Of a stretch of DNA of 64,000 nucleotides, positions 40,267-53,599 are shown one piece after another. Source of the DNA: Eledone cirrhosa (taxonomy: Eukaryota); NCBI GenBank assembly GCA_964016885.1, contig OZ024744.1:77872001-77936000 (forward strand), read 5' to 3'. A model generated the notes under the pieces. The model was not told the DNA's origin. It saw only the letters and a list, made by a program, of their open reading frames with translations, and ran no database searches. Each line of letters begins with the position of its first letter. The first letter of the stretch is position 1. Position numbers and translations under genes: made by a program.

Positions 40267-43200
40267 TAATCTGGGGTGAGATGTAGTCTCAGGTGAGATA
40301 TAGTATGTGGTGACATATAGTCTGCGGTGAGATATAGTCTGGGGTAAGATATAGTCTGTGGTGTGATATAGTCAGTGGTGAGATATAGTCTATGGTGAGA
40401 TATAGTCTGTGGTGAGATATAGTCTATGGTGAGATATAGTCTGTGGTGAGGTATAGTATGTGGTGAGATATAGTCTGGGGTGAGATATAGTCTGTTGTGA
40501 GATATTGTCTGTGGTAAGGTATAGTCTGTGGTGATATATAGTCTGTAGTAAGATATAGTCTATGGTGTGATATAGACTGTGGTAAGTTATAGTCTGGGCT
40601 GAGATGTAGTCTGGGGGGAGATATAGTCTGGGGGGAGATATAGTCTGTGGTGAGATTTAGTCTGTGGTAAGATATAGTCTGGGGTTAAATATAGTCTGGG
40701 GTGAGATATAGTCTGTGTTGAGATATAATCTATGGTTAGATATTGTCTGTAGTGAGATATAGTCTGTGGTGAGATATAGTCTAGGGTGAGATATAGTCTA
40801 TGGTGAGATATAGTCTGCGGTGAGATATAGTCTGGGGTGTGATATAATCTGGGTTGAGATATACTCTGTGGTGAGATATATTCTGTGGTGAGATATAGTC
40901 TGTGGTGAGATATAGTCTGGGGTGAGATATAATCTGGGGTGAGATATAGTCTGTAGTGAGATATAGGCTGTTGTGAGATATAGTGTGTGGTGAGATATAG
41001 TCTGTGGTGAGATATAGTCTTTGGTGAGATATAGTCTGTGGTGAGATATTGTCTTTGGTGAGATATAGTCTGGTGTGAGATATAGTCTGTAGTGAGATAT
41101 AGTCTGTGGTGAGATATAGTCTCTGGTGAGATATAGTCTGTGGTTAGATATTGTCTGTGGCGAGATATAGTTTGTAGTGAGATATAGTGTGGGGTGAGAT
41201 ATAGTCTGTTGTGAGATATAGTCTGTGGTGAGATATAGTCTGTTGTGAGATATAGTCTGGAGTGAGATATAGTCTGTGGTGAGAAATAGTCTGTGGTGAG
41301 ATATAGTCTGGGGTGAGATATAGTCTATGGTGAGATATAGTCTGGGGTGAGATATAGTCTGTGGTGAGATAAAGTCTGACATGAGATATAGTCTGTGGTG
41401 AGATATAGTCTGTGGTAGGATATAATCTGGGGTGAGATATAGTCTGTGGTGAGATATAGTCTGTAGTGAGATATTGTCTGTGGTGAGATATAGTCTGTGG
41501 TGAGATATAGTCTGTGGTAAGATATAATCTGTGGTGAGATATAGTCTGTGGTGAGATATAGTCTGTGGTGACATATAGTCTCTGGTGAGATATAGTCTAT
41601 AGTGAGATATAGTCTGTAATGAGGTATAGTCTGTGGTGAGATATAGTCTGTGATGAGATATAGTCTGGTGTGAGATATAGTCTGGAGTGAGATATACTCT
41701 GTGGTGAGAGATTGTCTGGGGTGAGATATAGTTTGGGGTGAGATATAGTCTGTGGTGAGATATAGTCTGGGGTGAGATATAGTCTGTGGTGAGATATAGT
41801 CTATGGTGAGATACAGTCTGTGGTGAGATATAGTCTATGGTGAGTTATAGTCTGTGGTGAGATATAGTCTGTGGTGAGATATAGTCTGGGGTGAGGTATA
41901 GTCTGTGGTGAGATATATTCTGTGGTGAGATATAGTCTGTGGTGAAATAAAATCTGTAGTGAGTTATAGTCTCAGGTGAGATATAGTCTGGGGTGATATA
42001 TAGTCTGGGATGAGATATAGTCTGTGGTGAGATATAGTCTATGGTGAGATACAGTCTGTGTTGAGATATACTCTATGGTGAGTTATAGTCTGTGGTGAGA
42101 TATAGTCTGTGGTGAGATATAGTCTATGGTGAGATATAGTCTGGGGTGAGATATAGCCTTCGGTGAGATATAGTCTTTGGTAAGATATAGTGTGGGGAGA
42201 GATATAGTCTGTAGTCAGATATAGTCTGGGGTGACATATAGTCTGTGGTGAGATAAAGTCTGTAGTGAGATATAGTCTGTAGTCAGATATAGTCTCGGGT
42301 GAGATATAGTGTGGGGTTTGATATAGTCTGTACTCAGATATCGTCTGGGGGATATATAGTCTGGTCTGAGATATAGTCTGTAGTGAGATATAGTCTGGGG
42401 TGAGATATAGTCTGGGGTGAGATATAGTCTGGGGTGAGATATAGTCTGTGGTGAGATATAGTCTGTGGTGAGTTATAGTCTGGGGTGAGATATAGTTTGT
42501 GGTGAGATATAGTCTGTAGTGAGATATAGTCTGTTGTCACATATAGTGTGTGGTGAGATATAGTCTGGGGTGAGATATAGTTTGTAGTGAGATATAGTCT
42601 GTAGTGAGATATAGTCTGTGGTGAGATATAGTCTGGATTGAAATATAGTCTGTAATGAGATATAGTCTGTGGTGAGATATAGTCTGTGGTAAGATATAGT
42701 TTGTGGTGAGATATAGTCTGTGGTGAGATATAGTCTGTAGTGAGATATAGTCTGTAGTCAGATATAGTCTGGGGTGAGATACAGTCTCTGGTGAGATATA
42801 GTCTTTGGTGAGATATAGTCTGTATTGAGATATAGTCTATGGTGAGATATAGTCTATGGTGAGATATAGTCTGGGGTGAGATATAGTGAGTGCTGAGATA
42901 TTGTCTGTGGTGAGATATAGTCTGTGTTAGGATATAGTCTGTGGTGAGATATAGTCTATTGTGAGATATAGTCTGTCGTGAGATATAGTCTGTTGTAAGA
43001 TATACTCTGTGGTGAGATATAGTGTGTTGTGAGATATAGTCTGGGGTAAGATATAGTCTGTGGTGGCATATAGTCTCTGGTGAGATATAGTGTGTGGTGA
43101 GATATAGTCTGGGGTGAGATATAATCTGCGGTGAGATATAGTCTGGTGTGAGATATAGTCTGTAGTGAGATATAGTCTGGGGTGAGATATATTCTGTGGT

Positions 43201-43580
43201 GAGATATAGTCTGTTTTGAGATATAGTCTGGGGTGAGATATAATCTGGGTTGAGATATACTCTGTGGATAGATATAGTCTGGGGTGAGATATAGTCTATG
43301 GTGAGATACAGTATGGGGTGAGATATAATCTGCGGTGTGATATAGTCTGTGATAAGATATAGTGTGGGGTAAGATATAGTCTGTAGTCAGATATTGCCTG
43401 GGGTGAGATATAGTCTGTGGTTGGATATAATCTATGGTGAGATATAGTCTGGGGTGAGATATAGTCTGTAATGAGATATAGTCTGTGGTGAGATATAGTC
43501 TGTGGTAAGATATAGTCTGTGGTGTGATATAATCTGTGGTGAGATATAGTCTGTAGTGAGATATAGTCTGTAGTGAGATA

Positions 43581-43933
43581 AAATTGTTAACCATGTTGCC
43601 AACAACAACCCTGAGTGCCTTTTCGATTTCCATGTGTTTAACACACGTGGACATGCCCACAATGTAAGAAAACAGCACAGTTCCCATGACTTTCGTAGAC
43701 ATATTTTCACGCTCAGAGTTGCTGAAGCATGGAACAAACTACCTGCATCAGTTGTTAGCTGTCGAGACACTGCATCCTTTAAGGCCTCCATGCTTCCCGA
43801 GATTCGCCAACACTACAGCTAACACATACAAACATGTACTTCCCTGGCATTTGTGTATTATTCTATGTACTATATTGACGAGTTGTAGTGCACCTGAGCA
43901 CTTTACACAATAATTTCATTATTATTATTATTA
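43581..43933 (+). mobile_element. CR1-like LINE 3' fragment (copy 9; gtgtttaac variant)
   Basis: Carries the same C>T variant as copies 2 and 6 (ORF 43634..43822). Confidence 0.93.
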
Positions 43934-46900
43934 TAATCTGGGGTGAGATGTAGTCTCAGGTGAGATATAGTATGTGGTGACATATAGTCTGCGGTGAGAT
44001 ATAGTCTGGGGTAAGATATAGTCTGTGGTGTGATATAGTCAGTGGTGAGATATAGTCTATGGTGAGATATAGTCTGTGGTGAGATATAGTCTATGGTGAG
44101 ATATAGTCTGTGGTGAGGTATAGTATGTGGTGAGATATAGTCTGGGGTGAGATATAGTCTGTTGTGAGATATAGTCTGTGGTAAGGTATAGTCTGTGGTG
44201 ATATATAGTCTGTAGTAAGATATAGTCTATGGTGTGATATAGACTGTGGTAAGTTATAGTCTGGGCTGAGATGTAGTCTGGGGGGAGATATAGTCTGGGG
44301 GGAGATATAGTCTGTGGTGAGATTTAGTCTGTGGTAAGATATAGTCTGGGGTGAAATATAGTCTGGGGTGAGATATAGTCTGTGTTGAGATATAATCTAT
44401 GGTTAGATATTGTCTGTAGTGAGATATAGTCTGTGGTGAGATATAGTCTAGGGTGAGATATAGTCTATGGTGAGATATAGTCTGCGGTGAGATATAGTCT
44501 GGGGTGTGATATAATCTGGGTTGAGATATACTCTGTGGTGAGATATATTCTGTGGTGATATATAGTCTGTGGTGAGATATAGTCTGGGGTGAGATATAAT
44601 CTGGGGTGAGATATAGTCTGTAGTGAGATATAGGCTGTTGTGAGATATAGTGTGTGGTGAGATATAGTCTGTGGTGAGATATAGTCTTTGGTGAGATATA
44701 GTCTGTGGTGAGATATTGTCTTTGGTGAGATATAGTCTGGTGTGAGATATAGTCTGTAGTGAGATATAGTCTGTGGTGAGATATAGTCTCTGGTGAGATA
44801 TAGTCTGTGGTTAGATATTGTCTGTGGCGAGATATAGTTTGTAGTGAGATATAGTGTGGGGTGAGATATAGTCTGTGGTGAGATATAGTCTATGGTGAGA
44901 TATAGTCTGTTGTGAGATATAGTCTGGAGTGAGATATAGTCTGTGGTGAGAAATAGTCTGTGGTGAGATATAGTCTGGGGTGAGATATAGTCTATGGTGA
45001 GATATAGTCTGTGGTGAGATATAGTCTGTGGTGAGATATAGTCTGTGGTAGCATATAATCTGGGGTGAGATATATTCTGTAGTGAGATATAGTCTGTGGT
45101 GAGATATAGTCTGTGGTGAGATATAGACTGTGGTGAGATATAGTCAGTGGTGAGATATAGTCTGTAGTGAGATATTGTCTGTGGTGAGATATAGTCTGTG
45201 GTGAGATATAGTCTGTGGTAAGATATAATCTGTGGTGAGATATAGTCTGTGGTGAGATATAGTCTGTGGTGACATATAGTCTCTGGTGAGATATAGTCTG
45301 TAGTGAGATATAGTCTGTAATGAGATATAGTCTGTGGTGAGATATAGTCTGTGATGAGATATAGTCTGGTGTGAGATATAGTCTGGAGTGAGATATACTC
45401 TGTGGTGAGAGATTGTCTGGGGTGAGATATAGTTTGGGGTGAGATATAGTCTGTGGTGAGATATAGTCTGGGGTGAGATATAGTCTGTGGTGAGATATAG
45501 TCTATGGTGAGATACAGTCTGTGGTGAGATATAGTCTATGGTGAGTTATAGTCTGTGGTGAGATATAGTCTGTGGTGAGATATAGTCTGGGGTGAGGTAT
45601 AGTCTGTGGTGAGATATATTCTGTGGTGAGATATAGCCTGTGGTGAAATAAAATCTGTAGTGAGTTATAGTCTCAGGTGAGATATAGTCTGGGGTGATAT
45701 ATAGTCTGGGATGAGATATAGTCTGTGGTGAGATATAGTCTATGGTGAGATACAGTCTGTGGTGAGATATACTCTATGGTGAGTTATAGTCTGTGGTGAG
45801 ATATAGTCTGTGGTGAGATATAGTCTATGGTGAGATATAGTCTGGGGTGAGATATAGCCTTCGGTGAGATATAGTCTTTGGTAAGATATAGTGTGGGGAG
45901 AGATATAGTCTGTAGTCAGATATAGTCTGGGGTGACATATAGTCTGTGGTGAGATAAAGTCTGTAGTGAGATATAGTCTGTAGTCAGATATAGTCTCGGG
46001 TGAGATATAGTGTGGGGTTTGATATAGTCTGTACTCAGATATCGTCTGGGGGATATATAGTCTGGTCTGAGATATAGTCTGTAGTGAGATATAGTCTGGG
46101 GTGAGATATAGTCTGGGGTGAGATATAGTCTGGGGTGAGATATAGTCTGTGGTGAGATATAGTCTGTGGTGAGATATAGTCTGGGGTGAGATATAGTTTG
46201 TGGTGAGATATAGTCTGTAGTGAGATATAGTCTGTTGTAACATATAGTGTGTGGTGAGATATAGTCTGGGGTGAGATATAGTTTGTAGTGAGATATAGTC
46301 TGTAGTGAGATATAGTCTGTGGTGAGATATAGTCTGGATTGAGATATAGTCTGTAATGAGATATAGTCTGTGGTGAGATATAGTCTGTGGTAAGATATAG
46401 TTTGTGGTGAGATATAGTCTGTGGTGAGATATAGTCTGTAGTGAGATATAGTATGTAGTGAGATATAGTCTGGGGTGAGATATAGTCTCTGGTGAGATAT
46501 AGTCTTTGGTGAGATATAGTCTGTATTGAGATATAGTCTATGGTGAGATATAGTCTATGGTGAGATATAGTCTGGGGTGAGATATAGTGTGTGCTGAGAT
46601 ATAGTCTGTGGTGAGATATAGTCTGTGTTAGGATATAGTCTGTGGTGAGATATAGTCTATTGTGAGATATAGTCTGTCGTGAGATATAGTCTGTTGTAAG
46701 ATATACTCTGTGGTGAGATATAGTGTGTTGTGAGATATAGTCTGTGGTAAGATATAGTCTGTGGTGACATATAGTCTCTGGTGAGATATAGTGTGTGGTG
46801 AGATATAGTCTGGGGTGAGATATAATCTGCGGTGAGATATAGTCTGGTGTGAGATATAGTCTGTAGTGAGATATAGTCTGGGGTGAGATATATTCTGTGG

Positions 46901-47366
46901 TGAGATATAGTCTGTTTTGAGATATAGTCTGGGGTGAGATATAATCTGGGTTGAGATATACTCTGTGGATAGATATAGTCTGGGGTGAGATATAGTCTAT
47001 GGTGAGATACAGTCTGGGGTGAGATATAATCTGCGGTGAGATATAGTCTGTGATAAGATATAGTGTGGGGTAAGATATAGTCTGTAGTCAGATATTGTCT
47101 GGGGTGAGATATAGTCTGGGGTGAGATATAGTCTGTTGTGAGATATAGTCTATGGTGAGATATGGTCTGTCATGAGATATAGTCTGTGGTGAGATATAGT
47201 CTGTGGTTGGATATAATCTATGGTGAGATATAGTCTGGGGTGAGATATAGTCTGTAATGAGATATAGTCTGTGGTGAGATATATTCTGTGGTAAGATATA
47301 GTCTGTGGTGTGATATAATCTGTGGTGAGATATAGTCTGTAGTGAGATATAGTCTGTAGTGAGATA

Positions 47367-47719
47367 AAATTGTTAACCATGTTGCCAACAACAACCCTGA
47401 GTGCCTTTTCGATTTCCATGTGTCTAACACACGTGGACATGCCCACAATGTAAGAAAACAGCACAGTTCCCATGACTTTCGTAGACATATTTTCACGCTC
47501 AGAGTTGCTGAAGCATGGAACAAACTACCTGCATCAGTTGTTAGCTGTCGAGACACTGCATCCTTTAAGGCCTCCATGCTTCCCGAGATTCGCCAACACT
47601 ACAGCTAACACATACAAACATGTACTTCCCTGGCATTTGTGTATTATTCTATGTACTATATTGACGAGTTGTAGTGCACCTGAGCACTTTACACAATAAT
47701 TTCATTATTATTATTATTA
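47367..47719 (+). mobile_element. CR1-like LINE 3' fragment (copy 10)
   Basis: Same sequence and junctions as copy 1 (ORF 47420..47608). Confidence 0.93.
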
Positions 47720-50700
47720 TAATCTGGGGTGAGATGTAGTCTCAGGTGAGATATAGTATGTGGTGACATATAGTCTGCGGTGAGATATAGTCTGGGGTAA
47801 GATATAGTCTGTGGTGTGATATAGTCAGTGGTGAGATATAGTCTATGGTGAGATATAGTCTGTGGTGAGATATAGTCTATGGTGAGATATAGTCTGTGGT
47901 GAGGTATAGTATGTGGTGAGATATAGTCTGGGGTGAGATATAGTCTGTTGTGAGATATAGTCTGTGGTAAGGTATAGTCTGTGGTGATATATAGTCTGTA
48001 GTAAGATATAGTCTATGGTGTGATATAGACTGTGGTAAGTTATAGTCTGGGCTGAGATGTAGTCTGGGGGAGATATAGTCTGGGGGGAGATATAGTCTGT
48101 GGTGAGATTTAGTCTGTGGTAAGATATAGTCTGGGGTGAAATATAGTCTGGGGTGAGATATAGTCTGTGTTGAGATATAATATATGGTTAGATATTGTCT
48201 GTAGTGAGATATAGTCTGTGGTGAGATATAGTCTAGGGTGAGATATAGTCTATGGTGAGATATAGTCTGCGGTGAGATATAGTCTGGGGTGTGATATAAT
48301 CTGGGTTGAGATATACTCTGTGGTGAGATATATTCTGTGGTGATATAGAGTCTGTGGTGAGATATAGTCTGGGGTGAGATATAATCTGGGGTGAGATATA
48401 GTCTGTAGTGAGATATAGGCTGTTGTGAGATATAGTGTGTGGTGAGATATAGTCTGTGGTGAGATATAGTCTTTGGTGAGATATAGTCTGTGGTGAGATA
48501 TTGTCTTTGGTGAGATATAGTCTGGTGTGAGATATAGTCTGTAGTGAGATATAGTCTGTGGTGAGATATAGTCTCTGGTGAGATATAGTCTGTGGTTAGA
48601 TATTGTCTGTGGCGAGATATAGTTTGTAGTGAGATATAGTGTGGGGTGAGATATAGTCTGTGGTGAGATATAGTCTATGGTGAGATATAGTCTGTTGTGA
48701 GATATAGTCTGGAGTGAGATATAGTCTGTGGTGAGAAATAGTCTGTGGTGAGATATAGTCTGGGGTGAGATATAGTCTATGGTGAGATATAGTCTGGGGT
48801 GAGATATAGTCTGTGGTGAGATAAAGTCTGACATGAGATATAGTCTGTGGTGAGATATAGTCTGTGGTAGGATATAATCTGGGGTGAGATATATTCTGTA
48901 GTGAGATATAGTCTGTGGTGAGGTATAGTCTGTTGTAAGATGTAGTGTGTGGTGAGATATAGTCTGGGGTTAGATATAGTCTGTGGTGAGATATAGTCTG
49001 TGGTGAGATATAGACTGTGGTGAGATATAGTCAGTGGTGAGATATAGTCTGTAGTGAGATATTGTCTGTGGTGAGATATAGTCTGTGGTGAGATATAGTC
49101 TGTGGTAAGATATAATCTGTGGTGAGATATAGTCTGTGGTGAGATATAGTCTGTGGTGACATATAGTCTCTGGTGAGATATAGTCTGTAGTGAGATATAG
49201 TCTGTAATGAGATATAGTCTGTGGTGAGATATAGTCTGTGATGAGATATAGTCTGGTGTGAGATATAGTCTGGAGTGAGATATACTCTGTGGTGAGAGAT
49301 TGTCTGGGGTGAGATATAGTTTGGGGTGAGATATAGTCTGTGGTGAGATATAATCTGGGGTGAGATATAGTCTGTGGTGAGATATAGTCTATGGTGAGAT
49401 ACAGTCTGTGGTGAGATATAGTCTATGGTGAGTTATAGTCTGTGGTGAGATATAGTCTGTGGTGAGATATAGTCTGGGGTGAGGTATAGTCTGTGGTGAG
49501 ATATATTCTGTGGTGAGATATAGTCTGTGGTGAAATAAAATCTGTAGTGAGTTATAGTCTCAGGTGAGATATAGTCTGGGGTGATATATAGTCTGGGATG
49601 AGATATAGTCTGTGGTGAGATATAGTCTATGGTGAGATACAGTCTGTGGTGAGATATACTCTATGGTGAGTTATAGTCTGTGGTGAGATATAGTCTGTGG
49701 TGAGATATAGTCTATGGTGAGATATAGTCTGGGGTGAGATATAGCCTTCGGTGAGATATAGTCTTTGGTAAGATATAGTGTGGGGAGAGATATAGTCTGT
49801 AGTCAGATATAGTCTGGGGTGACATATAGTCTGTGGTGAGATATAGTCTGTAGTGAGATATAGTCTGTAGTCAGATATAGTCTCGGGTGAGATATAGTGT
49901 GGGGTTTGATATAGTCTGTACTCAGATATCGTCTGGGGGATATATAGTCTGGTCTGAGATATAGTCTGTAGTGAGATATAGTCTGGGGTGAGATATAGTC
50001 TGGGGTGAGATATAGTCTGGGGTGAGATATAGTCTGTGGTGAGATATAGTCTGTGGTGAGATATAGTCTGGGGTGAGATATAGTTTGTGGTGAGATATAG
50101 TCTGTAGTGAGATATAGTCTGTTGTAACATATAGTGTGTGGTGAGATATAGTCTGGGGTGAGATATAGTTTGTAGTGAGATATAGTCTGTAGTGAGATAT
50201 AGTCTGTGGTGAGATATAGTCTGGATTGAGATATAGTCTGTAATGAGATATAGTCTGTGGTGAGATATAGTCTGTGGTAAGATATAGTTTGTGGTGAGAT
50301 ATAGTCTGTGGTGAGATATAGTCTGTAGTGAGATATAGTATGTAGTGAGATATAGTCTGGGGTGAGATATAGTCTCTGGTAAGATATAGTCTTTGGTGAG
50401 ATATAGTCTGTATTGAGATATAGTCTATGGTGAGATATAGTCTATGGTGAGATATAGTCTGGGGTGAGATATAGTGTGTGCTGAGATATAGTCTGTGGTG
50501 AGATATAGTCTGTGTTAGGATATAGTCTGTGGTGAGATATAGTCTATTGTGAGATATAGTCTGTCGTGAGATATAGTCTGTTGTAAGATATACTCTGTGG
50601 TGAGATATAGTGTGTTGTGAGATATAGTCTGGGGTAAGATATAGTCTGTGGTGACATATAGTCTCTGGTGAGATATAGTCTGTAGTGAGATATAGTCTGG

Positions 50701-51185
50701 GGTGAGATATATTCTGTGGTGAGATATAGTCTGTTTTGAGATATAGTCTGGGGTGAGATATAATCTGGGTTGAGATATACTCTGTGGATAGATATAGTCT
50801 GGGGTGAGATATAGTCTATGGTGAGATACAGTCTGGGGTGAGATATAATCTGCGGTGAGATATAGTCTGTGATAAGATATAGTGTGGGGTAAGATATAGT
50901 CTGTAGTCAGATATTGTCTGGGGTGAGATATAGTCTGGGGTGAGATATAGTCTGTTGTGAGATATAGTCTATGGTGAGATATGGTCTGTCATGAGATATA
51001 GTCTGTGGTGAGATATAGTCTGTGGTTGGATATAATCTATGGTGAGATATAGTCTGGGGTGAGATATAGTCTGTAATGAGATATAGTCTGTGGTGAGATA
51101 TAGTCTGTGGTAAGATATAGTCTGTGGTGTGATATAATCTGTGGTGAGATATAGTCTGTAGTGAGATATAGTCTGTAGTGAGATA

Positions 51186-51538
51186 AAATTGTTAACCATG
51201 TTGCCAACAACAACCCTGAGTGCCTTTTCGATTTCCATGTGTCTAACACACGTGGACATGCCCACAATGTAAGAAAACAGCACAGTTCCCATGACTTTCG
51301 TAGACATATTTTCACGCTCAGAGTTGCTGAAGCATGGAACAAACTACCTGCATCAGTTGTTAGCTGTCGAGACACTGCATCCTTTAAGGCCTCCATGCTT
51401 CCCGAGATTCGCCAACACTACAGCTAACACATACAAACATGTACTTCCCTGGCATTTGTGTATTATTCTATGTACTATATTGACGAGTTGTAGTGCACCT
51501 GAGCACTTTACACAATAATTTCATTATTATTATTATTA
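51186..51538 (+). mobile_element. CR1-like LINE 3' fragment (copy 11)
   Basis: Same sequence and junctions as copy 1 (ORF 51239..51427). Confidence 0.93.
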
Positions 51539-53599
51539 TAATCTGGGGTGAGATGTAGTCTCAGGTGAGATATAGTATGTGGTGACATATAGTCTGCGGT
51601 GAGATATAGTCTGGGGTAAGATATAGTCTGTGGTGTGATATAGTCAGTGGTGAGATATAGTCTATGGTGAGATATAGTCTGTGGTGAGATATAGTCTATG
51701 GTGAGATATAGTCTGTGGTGAGGTATAGTATGTGGTGAGATATAGTCTGGGGTGAGATATAGTCTGTTGTGAGATATAGTCTGTGGTAAGGTATAGTCTG
51801 TGGTGATATATAGTCTGTAGTAAGATATAGTCTATGGTGTGATATAGACTGTGGTAAGTTATAGTCTGGGCTGAGATGTAGTCTGGGGGGAGATATAGTC
51901 TGGGGGGAGATATAGTCTGTGGTGAGATTTAGTCTGTGGTAAGATATAGTCTGGGGTGAAATATAGTCTGGGGTGAGATATAGTCTGTGTTGAGATATAA
52001 TCTATGGTTAGATATTGTCTGTAGTGAGATATAGTCTGTGGTGAGATATAGTCTAGGGTGAGATATAGTCTATGGTGAGATATAGTCTGCGGTGAGATAT
52101 AGTCTGGGGTGTGATATAATCTGGGTTGAGATATACTCTGTGGTGAGATATATTCTGTGGTGAGATATAGTCTGTGGTGAGATATAGTCTGGGGTGAGAT
52201 ATAATCTGGGGTGAGATATAGTCTGTAGTGAGATATAGGCTGTTGTGAGATATAGTGTGTGGTGAGATATAGTCTGTGGTGAGATATAGTCTTTGGTGAG
52301 ATATAGTCTGTGGTGAGATATTGTCTTTGGTGAGATATAGTCTGGTGTGAGATATAGTCTGTAGTGAGATATAGTCTGTGGTGAGATATAGTCTCTGGTG
52401 AGATATAGTCTGTGGTTAGATATTGTCTGTGGCGAGATATAGTTTGTAGTGAGATATAGTCTGTTGTGAGATATAGTCTGGAGTGAGATATAGTCTGTGG
52501 TGAGAAATAGTCTGTGGTGAGATATAGTCTGGGGTGAGATATAGTCTATGGTGAGATATAGTCTGGGGTGAGATATAGACTGTGGTGAGATAAAGTCTGA
52601 CATGAGATATAGTCTGTGGTGAGATATAGTCTGTGGTAGGATATAATCTGGGGTGAGATATATTCTGTAGTGAGATATAGTCTGTGGTGAGATATAGTCT
52701 GTGGTGAGATATAGACTGTGGTGAGATATAGTCAGTGGTGAGATATAGTCTGTAGTGAGATATTGTCTGTGGTGAGATATAGTCTGTGGTGAGATATAGT
52801 CTGTGGTAAGATATAATCTGTGGTGAGATATAGTCTGTGGTGAGATATAGTCTGTGGTGACATATAGTCTCTGGTGAGATATAGTCTGTAGTGAGATATA
52901 ATCTGTGGTGAGATATAGTCTGTGGTGAGATATAGTCTGTGATGAGATATAGTCTGGTGTGAGATATAGTCTGGAGTGAGATATACTCTGTGGTGAGAGA
53001 TTGTCTGGGGTGAGATATAGTTTGGGGTGAGATATAGTCTGTGGTGAGATATAGTCTGGGGTGAGATATAGTCTGTGGTGAGATATAGTCTATGGTGAGA
53101 TACAGTCTGTGGTGAGATATAGTCTATGGTGAGTTATAGTCTGTGGTGAGATATAGTCTGTGGTGAGATATAGTCTGGGGTGAGGTATAGTCTGTGGTGA
53201 GATATATTCTGTGGTGAGATATAGTCTGTGGTGAAATAAAATCTGTAGTGAGTTATAGTCTCAGGTGAGATATAGTCTGGGGTGATATATAGTCTGGGAT
53301 GAGATATAGTCTGTGGGGAGATATAGTCTATGGTGAGATATAGTCTGTGGTGAGATATAGTCTGTAGTGAGCTATAGTCTGTGTTGAGATATAGTCTGTG
53401 GTGAGATATAGTCTATGGTGAGATATAGTCTATGGTGAGATATAGTCTGGGGTGAGATATAGTCTGTGGTGAGATATAGTCTGTGGTGAGATATAGTCTG
53501 TGGTGAGATATAGTCTGTAGTGAGATATAGTCTGAAGTGAGATATAGTCTGGGGTGAGATATAGTCTGTGGTGAGATATAGTCTGGGGTGAGATATTGT

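Larger units (their letters stand above)
11600..53300 (+). repeat. Higher-order repeat domain: 11 units of ~3.5-4.0 kb, each made of ~183-216 satellite monomers plus one 353-bp LINE 3' fragment; units are grouped into ~10.8-kb triplets
   Basis: Insert spacings are 3633, 3786, 3464, 4026, 3667, 3616, 3464, 3667, 3786 and 3819. The same flanking variant monomers surround every insert (e.g. taatctggggtgagatgtagtctcaggtgagatatagtatgtggtgacat). Domain boundaries are approximate. Confidence 0.9.

Noticed and set aside
14258-51538. Eleven independent retrotransposition events or an active SINE
   Set aside because: Identical truncation, tail length and flanking variants indicate segmental amplification. 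The fragment has no Pol III (tRNA-like) head.
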